The notes beneath the pieces are model-generated. The model worked only from the letters and a program-made list of their open reading frames with translations, did not search any database and was not told where the DNA came from. DNA of 64,000 bases from Azolla caroliniana. Lineage: Eukaryota > Plantae > Polypodiophyta. Below, one piece after another: positions 43,292 through 58,800 of this stretch; the first letter of the stretch is position 1; each line of letters begins with the position of its first letter. Location of the stretch: assembly GCA_043228905.1 (NCBI GenBank), contig JBHGNT010000006.1:21514001-21578000 (forward strand). The letters run 5' to 3'. Position numbers and translations under genes: made by a program.

Positions 43292-46200
43292 TGTTGGGAA
43301 TGTCCCTCCAGTGGGAGGATGATCCGACTGTTCGGAAAGCCAACAATCGAAGAGTCGGAAAATGGGAGCCAAGTTGATAAGGAACTCGGCCGAGGCCGAA
43401 ACCGGAATCGTGTAAATAGCCAACTCGGGAGACTATATTATGCAAATAGTCTTAGTGTGTGCCCCATGAGGGCTACGTATGTAAATAACCAGAAAGTTGT
43501 GTAAGTATATATGCAACTAGGGCAAACATTTGGGATGTGATGAAGGTGCAGAAGTTGCGTATAGTGTGAGAGAGAGTGAGAGAAGGTAGAGTCGCGCCAT
43601 AGATGTGTGTGTAACAGTAGACGCGAAGAGCCCTGTGCGGCTGATACACTCGACAGAGTGTTGTAACTTTCTTGGTGTTGTATATCCACTATTTGTATAG
43701 TGAAGATTCTGTTCACCCATGGTTTTCCCCATTTTAGGGTTTCCACGTAAATCTCTGTGCACCATTGTTTATCTTGTCTACTCTGTCATTTCTGTGTGAT
43801 TCGTATTTCAACGTAGTTCGTCTATTGTGAATTGAATTCCCAGACGATTTCGCAACAAACTGGTATCAGAGCTTGAGGTGCAAGCATGGAAGGAGGTGTG
43901 AGTGGATTCCCAGGCATGATAGTTCTAAACTCTTAGAACTATGCAGACTGGAAGATAAAGATGGAAGACCTTCTCATAGTTAAAGACCTGTACGAGCCAG
44001 TCGACAAAGCAGAAATACCCAGGGGGGTATTGGAGTCGGACTGGAAGCTTCTGAATAGGAAGGCGGTGGCCACAATCCGACAATGTGTCGATGTAAGTGT
44101 GCTTCAGCATGTGGCGAACGACACGAATGCCCACGAGATGTGGCAGAAGCTGTCGGGTCTGTACAAGAGGAAGAACGCACTAAACAGAACCTCGCTAATG
44201 AGAAAAATCGTACGGCTAAAATACAGAGACGGTGAGAGCTTCGTCGAACACATCAACACATTTATGGGGTATATAAATCAACTTGTTGCGACCAAGTTTC
44301 CCTTGGATGATGCAATGCATGCCATTCTGTTGATGTGCACACTGCCCAGAAAGCTAGGAGAACCTAGTGGTTGCTCTCAACACCTCATGTCAAGAAGAGA
44401 ACTTGTCTTTACAGACGGTGAAGACAAGCATCCTGAATGAGGAGGCAAGGAGGAAAGACAAAGGAGTCCTGTCCTAAACAGAGTCGAATCTTACTCAACA
44501 TATGGACAGAGGAAGGGACTGGCGAAGAAGAAGTCCGTAGCGAACGGACAAATCCCACGGCAGATCGAAGTCCAGAGGTAAGCCTGCGTGCTTCTATTGC
44601 AGAAAACCTGGACACTTCCAGAAGGGCTACCGAAAAGACTAGAGTGTCGGAAATAATGTCGAACCCCGGAAAATTCCGGATGAAAAGAACACTTTGGCCA
44701 TTGCTACGAGCAATGAGGAACTTCTGTTCATATGTGAACAAACAAGTGCAAATATTGCAAGCGAAGAGTGCACTTGGGTGATCGACTCTAGTGCATCCTT
44801 TCACATTACTCCGTCGAGTGAGTATTTCTCGACTTACATAGTCGGGGATCATGGCTATGGAAAGATGGGTGATAGTGGAGAGTGCAAGATAACCGGAGTC
44901 AGAAGTGTGTGCTTAACGACGTCGACAGGGTGTCCACTAACGTTGAAGGATGTTCGACACGTCCCTGATATCATATTGAATCTGATATCAACTGGAAGGC
45001 TTGACGACGAAGGCTACAGTGGTAGTTTTCGGAATGGCAAGTGGAAGTTCTGCCGAGGGAACCTCATAATGGCCCGAGCATAGAAAGAAGGCACATTGTA
45101 CATTATGCATGCCCGACTATGCAAATTGGAAGTAAACGTGGTAGCCGACTCGGCAGGGGAGATATGGCATAAGAGGCTAGGCCACATGAGTGAGAAAGGA
45201 ATGCACATGTTAGCAGACCAGAAACTTCTACCGGAAGTCAAGGGAGTTCACCTGGAGAAGTGTTTCGACTGCTTAGCCGGAAAGCAGAACAGGACGGCAT
45301 TCCACACAAGGCCACCGAGGAGAAGAGATGTTGCACTGGAACTAGTGCACACGGATGTGTGCTATGTGGATGCTCCATCGCATCGAGGAGGACAGTACTT
45401 TGTAACGATTATTGACGACTATAGTCGGAAGATATGGGCCTTCGTACTGAAGTCGAAAGATCAAGTATTGTCGGTTTTCAAGGAGTTCTAGGCAAGAACT
45501 GAAAGAGAGTCGGGTCGGAAACTAAAGGTTGTCCGAACCGACAACGATGGCGAGTACAAAGGGCAGTTCGAGGAATACTGCAAGTGCCAAGGTATTTGAA
45601 TCGAATACACAGTGCCAAAGACCCCAGAGTTGAACAGGCTTGCAGAGATGATGAATCGAACAATCATGGAGAGAGTAAGGAGCATGGTCTCCCATGCAAA
45701 AATGTCGAAATCCTATTGGGCTGAGGCGATGTACACAGTTGTTTATCCGATCAACAGGTCTCCCTCAGTACCATTAAAGGGTGATGTCCCACCGAGGGTG
45801 TGGACAGGTAAGGATGTCTCCTACCAACACCTAAGGGTGTTTGGATGTTTGGCGTATATGCATGTACCAAAGGATCAGAGGTCAAAGCCCAACAGCAAGT
45901 CAAAAGCATGCATACTCATGGGATACTTGGAAGATGAATTCGGCTACAGGTTGTGGGACTTAGTTGACATGAAGGTAGTGAGAAGTTGGGATGTTGTCTT
46001 TCTTGAAGATAAGACAATTGAAGACTGGAAGCAACAGAAGTCGGGATCGACTCCCCAGTCAACCTCGACTACCATCAACTTAAGGCCAAGTGAGTCGTCA
46101 CCGACAGCTGTAAGGAGACAGCTGGCCGTCAGAGCCGAATCCGAGTCGGTCGACTTGAAAAGACCGACAGACTATGAGTCAGAGTCGGCAGACCTGCTAA

Positions 46201-48544
46201 AATCAATTGAGGAATAGGAGTTGGAGTTGTCCAACCTGGAGATGCCGATTGATGAGCAGAATCCCGAGCAAAGAGAAGAGTTGGCAGAGACATCCGGAAT
46301 AGAGCCAACTGCGAGTGGACGAAGGTACCCACTCAGAGAAAGAAAGGCACCGACTACATATGCTAGTCAATACGTCCTCTTGACTGATGACGGTGAACTG
46401 GAGTGCTATGAAGAAGCCATTGCCGACGAGAGTAGAGAAAAATGGTTGAACGCGATGCAAGAGGAGATGGAATCCTTGCACGTGAATTACACCTACGACC
46501 TAGTAGAGCTGCCAAAAGGTAAGAGAGCACTCAAGAATAAGTGGTTCTACAAGGTGAAGACTGGAGAAGTCGACAACGAGCCCAAGTATAAAGCCTGCAT
46601 AGTGGTGAAGGGTTTTCAACAGAGGAAGGGCGTCGACTTTGACGAAATATTCGCACCAATCGTGAAGATGACATCGATTTGAACTGTTCTGATTATAGCG
46701 GCTAGCATGGATCTAGAGATCGAACACTTGGATGTCAAAACCGCATTTCTACACGGGGAGCTAGACGAAGAGATCTACATGCAACAACATGAAGGCTTTG
46801 AGGAGAAAGGGAAAGAGAATCTGGTGTGTCAACTGAGGAAAAGTTTGTATGGATTGAAACAAGCTCCACGCCAATGGTACAAGAAATTCGAGTCCTTCAT
46901 GATGGAACATCGGTTCTAGAAAACACAGGCCGATCACTGTGTGTTCGTCAAAAGGTACGAGGAAGGAGATTTCTTGATTCTCTTGCTATATGTTGATGAT
47001 ATGTTGATAGTCGGTCAAGACACAAGGAAGATTGGAAGCTTGAAGAAAGCTCTCAGCAAATCTTTTGCCATGAAACACCTTGGACCGGCAAAGCAAATCC
47101 TAGGAATGCACATAACCCGAGACGGAGCTCGAAAGGTGCTATGGTTGTCACAACAGAAGTATGTGACAAAGATCCTAGAGAGGTTCAACAGGTCAAACAC
47201 AAAGCCAGTCGGCTCCGTGTTGCCGACAAATTGCAGATTGAATGTGAAGCAGTGTCCGAAAGGATAGAAGGAAAAGGCTGAGATGAGGAAGGTACCATAT
47301 GCCTCAGCCGTCGGCAATCTAATGTATGTTATGGTCTGTACGAGACCAGACATACCATTTGTTGTGGGAGCAGTAAGCCGATATATGAGTAATCCAGGGA
47401 GAGAACACTGGGCAGCGGTGAAATGGATACTCAGGTACTTGAAAGGCACCTCGGAAGTGTGCCTAAGGTATGGTGTTGAAAAACCTGTACTGAAAGGTTT
47501 TACCAATTCAGACATGTCAGGAGATGTCGACTCGAGCCGATCCACGTCAGGGTACATGATGACCTATGCAGAGGGAGCAGTATCGTGCCAGTCACGACTG
47601 CAAAAGTCTATTGCCTTGTCGACTACAGAGCCAAAGTATATGGCAGCGGTAGAAGCTGGAAAAGAGCTGATTTGGATGAGAAATTTTCTCACCAAACTAG
47701 GCATGAAGCAAAAGGAGTTATTACTTCATTGTGACAGCCAAAGCGCCATACACCTAGCCAAGAACGCGGCATACCACTCCCGGACCAAGCACATACAGAG
47801 AAGGTATCACTGGTTGCGGGAGAGAGTCGAAAATGGAGAGTTTGCTCTTGTGAAGATCCATACTGACGACAATGGATCCGACATGCTGACGAAGAACCTA
47901 CCTATGGACAGACTCAGAACCTGTCGACAAAATACAGGACTAACAGATTTCCTCCCACAGGAGTGAAGGGGGAGTTTGTTGGGAATATGTCCCTCCAATG
48001 GGAGGATGATCCGACTGTTCGGAAAGCCAACAGTCGAAGAGTCGGAAAACAGGAGCCGAGTTGATAAGGAACTCGGCCGAGGCCGAAACCGGAATCGTGT
48101 AAATAGCCAACTCAGGAGACTATATTATGCAAATAGTCTTAGTGTGCGCCCCATGAGGGCTACGTATGTAAATAACCAGAAAGTTGTGTAAGTATATATG
48201 CAACTAGGGCAAACATGTGGGATGTGATGAAGGTGCAGAAGTTGCATATAGTGTGAGAGAGAGTGAGAGAAGGTAGAGCCGCGCCATAGATGTGTGTGTA
48301 ACAGCAGACGCGAAGAGCCATGTGCGGCTGATACACTCGACAGAGTGTTGTAACTTTCTTGGTGTTGTATATCCACTATTTGTATAGTGAAGATTTTGTT
48401 CACCCGTGGTTTTCCCCGTTTTAGGGTTTCCACGTAAATCTCTGTGCACCATTGTTTATCTTGTCTACTCTGTCATTTCTGTGTGATTCGTATTTCAGCG
48501 CAGTTCGTCTATTGTGAATTGAATTCCCATACGATTTCGCAACA
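43292..48544 (+). mobile_element. Decayed Ty1/Copia (Tnt1/Tork-like) LTR retrotransposon
   Basis: LTRs 43292-43857 and 47977-48544; 5-bp TSD TGGTG at 43287-43291 and 48545-48549; PBS TGGTATCAGAGC at 43861-43872; PPT gaagggggag at about 47965-47974. Confidence 0.95.
43886..47966 (+). pseudogene. pol: Copia gag-pol pseudogene
   Basis: WVIDSSASFH, WHKRLGHMS, IDDYSRK, HLDVKTAFLHG, LYVDDML, TKHIQRRYHW; broken by many stops and frameshifts. Confidence 0.93.
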
Positions 48545-51500
48545 TGGTGCATATGGTATTCAGTACAAGTGCGGGAGCGAATGTTGCCCAAAGTTGCAAT
48601 ATAACAACCCAAAAGCCTTTAGTAATTGGGCATGTCATGAACCTGTGTCTGCCATCTGCCTTAATCATTGTATAGGATAAACATGAATCATACAAAATAT
48701 GTCATCACCCAATGCAACCCACCCACCATCACATGCCAAAGAAACACATTCGCACGAAATGGAAACTGAGAGTATTATCCTGCATCTAAAACTTGACACT
48801 CCCATGTATCCAAAACCTTTTTCAGTAACCAACCTCTACCTTCAACCAACTTATGGTTTGCATGATTAGCTTGCACTACAAATATCTATTTTTCACTATC
48901 AAATGACCAACCTTTTTCGTGATTTCTTTACCATCAACTTTGGAATTGGGGAATCTAGAATAGGCAATGTCATATTGATCACCAAATATAACCATATCCA
49001 TTTGGTACAGAAAACCTACTTTGCACTGTCTACAAGCACCATCATTTGTCAACATGACTCTAAAATAACACCTCCCCACACTTATCAAGCCAAGCCTTGC
49101 CATTCAATTGAACTTTAACTTGACACTTTCTTTATCATCCTAATGTAATAGACTAAAGGTTGTCACTACCTCTATTGCCATACCATTACTATCTTTTCTG
49201 CATTTAGGGGTTGGTAGTTGAACAACTTTGAAACAGTCGTTAAGAGAGCATTAATTTTTGAAACATAAGTGATTCTAAACATTTAAAAGCCCAAGTATTA
49301 TTTTAACAATATGCCACCACGAAACTATAATCTTCATTTTTCCCATGGTATATACCCACCTCCACAAAATGACAATTTATCTATACCCAAGATTGATTGC
49401 CTATGCACATACCTTTTAAGATGTTAAATCTTCAAGCAACCATATGATTATCCAAATTTAGTAAGGTTTCTCCCCCTAAATATTTTGAGGTATATATATG
49501 GCTCCATGAAACCCTACTCATGCCATGGTAACAAAAAAAATGATCAAGTGACTTCTTTCATAATTCCATAATTGAACCCAACATGAAAACCACCCAGAAC
49601 CACAGCATTCATTTTCATAACTTGCTTGAAACTTCTAGAAAAACTTCTAGAACCACAACCTGAAGATAGGGATTAACTCCTATTTTTATCAACAAGCTGA
49701 CAATAACCACAAGAAATCTAATCTCATAAGTCCATGACCTTTTATCTCTACCCTAGGAAAAACTAATTTTACAATCCTTGACTTAATGTTTGAGTGAATT
49801 GTTGAGAATTTGGAACCCAACTTGTTCCCTAACAATTTGCCTATTTAAATAAAGCCTCCTAACTTGAAACCTAAAATGTTATTGCTGCTACCAATTTATT
49901 TCTAGCTTCATACAAACCATGCCGAAACTTCAGCCCCAGAGAACCAATTTTTCAAATTAGTAACACTGTTTTTTGTCATGATTACACCTGTGATAATCAA
50001 TTCTTTCATTCCTAGTATTCCAGCATATTATTGATATCAGCATGCTTGAAAATATTGCTACTATTTCTTTACATACAATTGTTTTTTATAAAGGATTTGA
50101 AAATCTCAAAAGAATCACCTTTGAATTTCAAATAACAGACAATTTGAAATTCCTACAATCTACAGTCAAATTTACACCCACTCACATGGACATATAATGT
50201 CAATACTTATTGGGATTGCTAATTGGGTTCCGCATTTATGCGACTTCAAAGAGATTGTCCAGATTTTTGTGGTTGCTTATTGTGATCACTGCATTTTCAA
50301 AACAGTTACTGATCAAACATAAATATTCAAGAATGTGCATAGCTGGATCCTCACAATCTTTCATGGTGACATGTAACTAGTCACAATCTTGCAGCAATTA
50401 CAGTAATGTTCTTCATCAGATACAACATTCAAGAATGCTGCCCAGCTTATGAGAACATATTGCAGTTCGACATTTCATGTAGTTTTTTTAACAGTTCCAT
50501 TCAACTACGTGGAGGGTTAATTTTTCACCTCGGAATCATGATTTTATAATGCCAGCATAGATAGAGGTTAGAGAAGACGATTATACAGGTTTCAGGAAAG
50601 CAAATCAATTATATGCATTTACTATATCTACTCAACAAAGAGAATTGATGTAGTTTTGGCAAATCAATGCATCAGAAGGGGCATTATCTTAGTCAATAGA
50701 ATGTGAAATATCTGCTAATTTTCTGTTGATGGGTGTGGTTAAAGTTCGGGCTTCTGATGGATTAATAATCAGTATTGATTGATTATACTCATAGATTCTC
50801 TTAATGCGTGATTTTTCCATTTGTCATTAGGATGGGCAAGAGTGACGCTTCCTATATGGCTTACAAGCAAGAACCCAAACCACAAGACCAACTACATTAC
50901 ATTGAATCCTGCCATTAATTATTAGTGTACAAATTAATAAAGTGAATTCAAACTTTCAGCCAGAAAAATGGAACTAAGAAACCACCATTTTCTACAACAA
51001 TACATCACATGGATTACAACAAGCAAAGGGGATTAATGGCTATATAATAATCATATATGAAACAGTTACATTTGAGTAAATTGTGAAACTTCTCCTATGC
51101 TTTTCTATCTTGTATTGAGTTGTTCTGTTAATAAAATATAAAACATTCCCATGGTAGGAAGGGGGAATGTTTTACCTGATGCTGCAAACTTAGTACTCAT
51201 CGCTGGTATTGTATCCTTTTTCCATTACTTTACTTGAATTTGAAGTACAAAGAGTCAGCATATCTTGAAAACCACACAGAAGCTTATGGCTCAAGCTGCA
51301 ACAGCTTAATGGTAAAGTTTCATATATGAGCTATTTGATACCTTCATTATTCAAGGTTATTGGTACCTATTAACAAGTATTCCCAAATTTAGCAACAAAT
51401 TGACATAATAATAATGACTTCATAGCTTTAAATAACGCAGATATTTAAAGTGTCTCAGTGCTTCAAATTTCCTTGTCTTGGGTGACATGGGAAATGCCTT

Positions 51501-51874
51501 TGAAATGTTCTGAATTTAAGGGGATATTTCATAAAGAAAGAAAGAAAGATATATTAATGTTTAAGAGGCCAAATGGCCTATAAGAACAAACAAAGATTAC
51601 ATCTTTAGAATGGTGTCTGATCTTTGAGGAAACCAAACCAAAAATTAAATTATGGAGCTGCCTAAGATATCAAAGAATCTCGTTAGCTAAAAAGTTTAAC
51701 ATTCTGAACTTAATGGATTGAAACTTATTTTCAAACGGTCTTCAACATGGGCCAATCAGAGATAGATAGATAGATAGATTTTATTATCGTCTTTGAAGGT
51801 CAAATATGAGATATAAGACCAAAAATATAACAGAGAGTGAGAGAGAGATTTTATTATCGTCTTCAGAGGACAAA

Positions 51875-51970
51875 CAGATCATCGTTGAGATGGTTGAGTC
51901 ACATGTTTGAGAACCATGAGGTTATGAGTTCAATACACAATGTGGCATGTGGTTTAAAGGAAAGTGAAAT
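51875..51970 (+). repeat. Possible tRNA-derived SINE fragment
   Basis: gaggttatgagttcaatacacaatgtg...ggaaagtga with a B-box-like GTTCAATAC; a second copy lies at about 59985-60080. Confidence 0.45.
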
Positions 51971-52871
51971 ATCGTTTAACAAAGATACATGGAAATCAGG
52001 ATTTGAACCCAAGCCCTGTTGATAGCCTATTCCAGAAACTATTCCTATGTACTTTTTATTGTGAGACACAAGATTATAAGCCATATACACCAATTTTGCC
52101 TTTTGGTAATTACATTTCTCCAATTTTTTCTTCTGTCTTAAGCATCCCACAGGATCAAGTGATTCTGATACTAACTCTAACTAAATGATAGTGACTTTTC
52201 AATTCTAAAGCTTTAATGGATGTGGAGAGATGTAAACATAACCTCAAAATGCACTCATTTTCCATGTGCATGCTATGAGCATTAAGCATTTGCTCAATGG
52301 TATTCTGCTCTATACAGAATAATGGAAATTTAATCTTGAACGACTTTCTATTTAAGTAAATACATGATATGAACTTTTAGGAGGTCAGAATGTCCAATGA
52401 GACCAAATAAAGAGATTACATCTGAAAATTTTGTCTCATCTTGGAGCAGCATGAGCCAAAATAAAATGAGAAACTGCCGAAGCTATCATGGCTATCCCTC
52501 ATGCATTTGGTTAACAGTATACTCTCTTAGATAAAAGCATCCATGAAACTACTTCCAGTCAGAACATCCATCGTCAATCCACAGACCATAATATCCATAG
52601 ACACTTCACAAAGAATCATACCTAAAAACCCCCCATTTGTAAACATTATCATCCTGATGATAAATTTCAAAAAGGTTACACAGGGATAGCACAGTTTTAG
52701 GTGAAGTATATGTAATATATTGATGATATCGATGCAATTTGATAACAATACAAACATTGTCTACCAATCTAGAAGAAACGGAGCAAAAATATCAATCCAG
52801 CAACATCACCCATCTTCCAAGGAGACCATAGGTTATGGAAACAATTTTACCTGAGGTATACATGAGGGCAT

Positions 52872-55800
52872 TTAAATGTATTGAAGATCTGGGGGAAGAG
52901 GTTGTATCCATTTGAGATTAAGAAAAATTACACCATTCTGCCCTCCAAGAAGTTTTACTTGTACCTCATATTCACCTTCTCTTAATACTCTAGTCAATGT
53001 AAGAGCACATTTACCAAGACGTTTCTGCAAAGCAACAGCTTTAGGTTAGCATGTTGACTACAATCTAATGATATGATCAGAACCATTCATAAAATTACAT
53101 ATGAGTTTGACCTAGTTGATGTAGAAATCTAGAATAGAGAGCCAAATATAAGAACATGTTCAGCATAGAAATGCATAAGATATAACCACATGTCAACCAT
53201 CTTACTTCAAGAAAAGTATCGTGATCAAACACATCTACCAAAAGCATGTCATGCAGTGCATCTTCAACCATGAAATCAAAGCTTTGATTCCATTCTGGTT
53301 TCAAACTTTTCGAAATCACCTGGCAGGAAAGCAAAGCGAATACAAATTACACACTCAAAGATCAAATTTATCAAATCCTGCAAAGAAATACGTTTCTTAC
53401 TTTGGTTGTCTTACGAGCATCATTTTTCTTCATCCTTAGTAGCACATATGGATCACACTGGTGATTCGAATCGCTTGGAACCAAGTCCTCCGCGCGTATC
53501 ACAGTAACTTGTAATATACCACGGATGATGGCACCTTCTCGCATGTATGATCTTAATGTTGTGTGCCTTAAACCGTTTGTATTTGATGTGATAACCTTTT
53601 CTAAAGACGTGAGTGGCATGGAGGCCATATTGGTTGTATTTAATGTGTCGGCTGCATGGCTTACTTCTTCATCCAGAGTATGATATATAAGTTCAACATG
53701 CACCTGCAAGTACTTGAATAGTTTCATACCAACTACAAATTAAAACTTCCAGTTTTATTTCTCAATTTTTTCTTTTTTCTCGGGGGTTCAAGGGATTATA
53801 ATTTTTCAAACTTGAATATCCCGACCATCTTTCCTTCCTGTAATGGTGAGTACATAAAGTGAAAACTAGCAAAAATATCTGAAGATCATTTCTAGAAGTT
53901 GAGGCTACCCAACTACACTGTCAATTTCTCTTTCTTTCTACTTCATATGTTGTGCTTGCAAAAGCTATGATAAAAAACGACTTTCCTTTCTTTGAGAAAA
54001 CAGTGACATACCTCGCCTCTCTTTGAGGAAGGATCTTTTCCATTTTTTGAGTCCTTATACAGAGCAAGCCACAAGTCATCCAATCTCTCTGGAACCAATG
54101 CATTCAGCTCTAAATGAGTGGAGCCAATAAGTTGCGGTTCTTGCAGGCCTTCATCATCGAAAACCTTGATTGTAAGCTTCTGGGACGTTAAATCCTCAAC
54201 TTCTAGTTTAAAATGTTCGTTCCAGATTGGCTCTATATCATTGTTCTGCCAAAAAACAAGTCAGTATGCTCTAAACAATATCTCAGCACAACATTATCAG
54301 AATCAAAGGTAAATAGTACAATGCTTTTCCCATCAAGATCTATATCCACAGAGTGTCTATATGAACCAACAATTCAGAGGTATAGTGACAACACTCACGA
54401 TTGTTTTAGTCTTCTTGATCCGATTTGGAATTGGACGAATGTAAACTTGTGCAAAGGGATCAGATTTCCCAATAATATCCTTATTTTTAAGTTCTTTTGC
54501 TTGTACTATTTTGATTTCCAGTATTCCAACTACTCTTAATTCCAAATCCCTGCCAATACTGACCACATCAATTAAACATAAACAAAAATGAAATATTATA
54601 GTATATGAAGCCCTAAATAGACAATTCTGATGACCTGTAATCACCAGGAATAATGGGGATTATGTTGCGAACTGGCCAAAGCATTGAATCCTCCACAGCT
54701 GTCTTGATTGTACCCTGAGATATTCTGCTTTTGTTAGCATGCAAGCATTGCATCAGGAACATAATGTATAATAATCATGTATTCATGCACACATTATGTG
54801 CATGTTTGTGTGGCTCTATATGTATATATGCATGGAGCATTTCCAGTAAGTGCACCATACGATTTCCTATTTCCACAACTCAGCAACAATGAGAAATTTT
54901 TGTAACAAAAACTTCTGAACGTGTGGGAAGAAATTCTCTTAGAAAACCACTCTTAACGATATTTAACTTGCAAAAGGATGCATAGATATCCTGTGGTACT
55001 TGAGCATACTTGATATAGAACTTAAAATCAAGATATTCAAACATTCTTTCATCTTTCGAAGGCAGAAAGGGATTTCATGATTATAAAACAGTACCATCAG
55101 ACGTTACCTCTATGTCAAAACAATAATTATGCAAATCAATTAACTTCAGAGTAAAGTTGTTGTGCAATAGGCATCCGACAACCCAGATGAGTAAAGAATA
55201 ATTTCGGTTTGACAATCCTAGAATGATAGTAAGGGTGATATAAAGTGCAGTACTTCCAGGACTGTGTTCACTCCACCATCCCTTTCTATCCTAAGGCATG
55301 TCAAAAAATGACTACCCAGCATAGTAGGCATATCTTGTGAGTTAATTCCAATAAATTTTCTTTCTTCATTTGTTTTTCCTTCTTAGTATGGATGCAAAAC
55401 ATAAAATGAGACAAATTGTGAGATAATGACAAAATTCATAAACAGAATAGAACATGCTCAGTACAAAATACAAAATAGATAGGCATAAGCAAGGTGTAAT
55501 TGAAATGATTGACAGGGGTACACATGTCTACAGTATGGATGCAAAACATAAAATGAGACAAATTGTGAGATAATGACAAAATTCATAAACAGAATAGAAC
55601 ATGCTCAGTACAAAATACAAAATAGATAGGCATAAGCAAGGTGTAATTGAAATGATTGACAGGGGTACACATGTCTACAGTATGGATGCAAAACATAAAA
55701 TGAGACAAATTGTGAGATAATGACAAAATTCATAAACAGAATAGAACATGCTCAGTACAAAATACAAAATAGATAGGCATAAGCAAGGTGTAATTGAAAT

Positions 55801-58800
55801 GATTGACAGGGGTACACATGTCTACAGTATGGATGCAAAACATAAAATGAGACAAATTGTGAGATAATGACAAAATTCATAAACAGAATAGAACATGCTC
55901 AGTACAAAATACAAAATAGATAGGCATAAGCAAGGTGTAATTGAAATGATTGACAGGGGTACACATGTCTACAGTATGGATGCAAAACATAAAATGAGAC
56001 AAATTGTGAGATAATGACAAAATTCATAAACAGAATAGAACATGCTCAGTACAAAATACAAAATAGATAGGCATAAGCAAGGTGTAATTGAAATGATTGA
56101 CAGGGGTACACATGTCTACAGTATGGATGCAAAACATAAAATGAGACAAATTGTGAGATAATGACAAAATTCATAAACAGAATAGAACATGCTCAGTACA
56201 AAATACAAAATAGATAGGCATAAGCAAGGTGTAATTGAAATGATTGACAGGGGTACACATGTCTACAGTATGGATGCAAAACATAAAATGAGACAAATTG
56301 TGAGATAATGACAAAATTCATAAACAGAATAGAACATGCTCAGTACAAAATACAAAATAGATAGGCATAAGCAAGGTGTAATTGAAATGATTGACAGGGG
56401 TACACATGTCTACAGTATGGATGCAAAACATAAAATGAGACAAATTGTGAGATAATGACAAAATTCATAAACAGAATAGAACATGCTCAGTACAAAATAC
56501 AAAATAGATAGGCATAAGCAAGGTGTAATTGAAATGATTGACAGGGGTACACATGTCTACAGTAGAAATTTTCAGTAATTACACACATACCGTAATAATG
56601 TTGTCAAGCCCTGGAACAGAAGTTACCTCACCACCAACAAACTTCAATCTAAAGTCAATCTTTTCCTGAGTTTCATAAATTTGAATATGTAAATAAAGTT
56701 GCAGAATAAGCTGATCCTTCGAGATCCGTTGAAACAATATGTGTTGTGCTTACTATCTCTTTTAGGGAATACACAACTGCTCCAAAGCCAGGAATCTCAT
56801 CAACCAATGGCTTGAACATGATTCGGAATATGCCAGTAAATGCAGCATCTTTTAACTAATAAGAAAGGGAAAAGTAACGTGTCAATTACATTCAAATAAA
56901 TGTACGAAATACCTTCTGAATTCAATCCAGAAAGAGCTGAGATATCCAGTTTGAGGAATATGTACTACCACAAGGTATTGCACAATTTTGAGTCTCATGA
57001 AACATTTTGGCTTCTACAAAGTTATTAATACATATATTATATATGCACCAAATAATGTACAGGCAGAATCTAGGCACACAGACTGGAGCCAAAACATTAA
57101 ATACAAAATGATTATGATGTGCATACAACCTCAAGAATAATTATAATTCCCATATTGCATGTAAATATTTGGGACCAATTCAAGACTCATTTGCAGAAGC
57201 ATTTTCAGGACCTTCCAGGTTAAATATTTCATCCATCACTTCTTTTAATATTGACTGTTATCCAGGGCTCAACAAGCATTTCGACCATATTACGATTGAA
57301 ATAGCATTGTATCGCTCTTGATGGATTGTATCAAAGCCTATCTAAATGTTGTAAGTAGAAGCTGTGGAAGGTGCAACTTGCACAAGCCGTTTTAAGCAGA
57401 AGCTTACAATTCTAGGTCTATCACAAGGCTTGAAGCACAGAATAATGAAGTTTTTGACATAAGAGCTCACAATCTTGTTCTATGAGAGCTCCAAGCACAG
57501 AGTAATGAAGTTTTGAACATAGGAACAAGAGAGCTCAAGTGTGTCACCTTGATTTAGGTCTCTAGCTCCGATGAGAATTGGAGTTGTAAGTGTTATGGAT
57601 TGATTCTGCTGATGAGATCTTGTGAACCTTATGAATTTTTACTACATTGCAACATAATTGTTAAACGCCCTTCTTCATATCTTGAACATTAATTGAATAT
57701 GTTTGCACCTTCAACCTTGCCTTTGTGCTTGGTGTTGTCTTCAGACTAGCACCAAAGGCATCATGCATAGAATCTTAATACATACAACCTCTGATACCTC
57801 TCCTTTTCAACCTATTTGGGTAGACCAGTATATCCCATGCATCACAACAACTTGAGCATAGAGAGAGATAGTTGATTATACAATCTATGACATGATAATG
57901 TAATTGCAGCCATGATATAACTGTAATCTATCTCACGCTTTCAACATGTTTGGGTAGACTGGTATATCGCATGCATCACAACATGGGTGTAATAGAGAAA
58001 AGATAGTTGGTTATATATGTTATGACAGGATAATGCCATTGCAGACATAATATAGTTCTCATCTCTCCTTTCAACATGTTTGGGTAGATTAGTATATCTC
58101 ATGTATAACAACAACATGAGTATAGAGAAAGATAGTAGATTATATACTCTATGACATGAAAATGTCATTGTCTCCATGTTATAATTGTCACTTCCTGTAA
58201 ATGATATATTGAGCTTACAGCATGAGGCTCTTCAAAGGACTTAGATGAAAATTTTATTTGTTAAGTAGCTATAGCCATACATTTCTGAAAAAATAGCAAT
58301 CAAAATGGGACCGCAGATTACCTGTACAGGCAACGAAAAACCATTTAGAAGTTCCACAGCTAAAATGATACTAGGATCTCCATCCCACTGGATAGCAGTC
58401 TCCATGACAATTTCATTATCCCCGGAGTCAATAATTCTTATTCCTACATGTTGATAAATGATATTAAAAACTTGAAAAGTAGCAACCATCAAAAACTTGA
58501 AAAATATTGTGGCAAATTCGTATGAACAAACCGGTAAATTGAGGAGCAACAGTTCCCAAAGAAAACTTGCTAAACCGTAAGGATGACAGCACATTTGGTT
58601 TGTATTGCTCCAAAATTGGCTCTAGCAGAGTTCTGAGTAATGATGAACCTGCCTGATGCAAAAATCAGCATTTAAGGAAGTTTAGATGTATGAAAGCAAG
58701 AAAAGCAGTACCAGTGAAGTTGTCTATAAACATCTTAAAACTCTTTAAGATCCAGCTTCCTCCTCTCTTTCAAGATTTCATTTTTCGATATTTCTCTTTT

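Noticed and set aside
48550-49110. Possible decayed SWIM zinc-finger/MULE-like gene on the minus strand, split by the Copia at 43292-48544
   Set aside because: Only weak motifs (TLGNIRSRTCTEY...KWCK) across several frameshifts; not supportable without a profile search.
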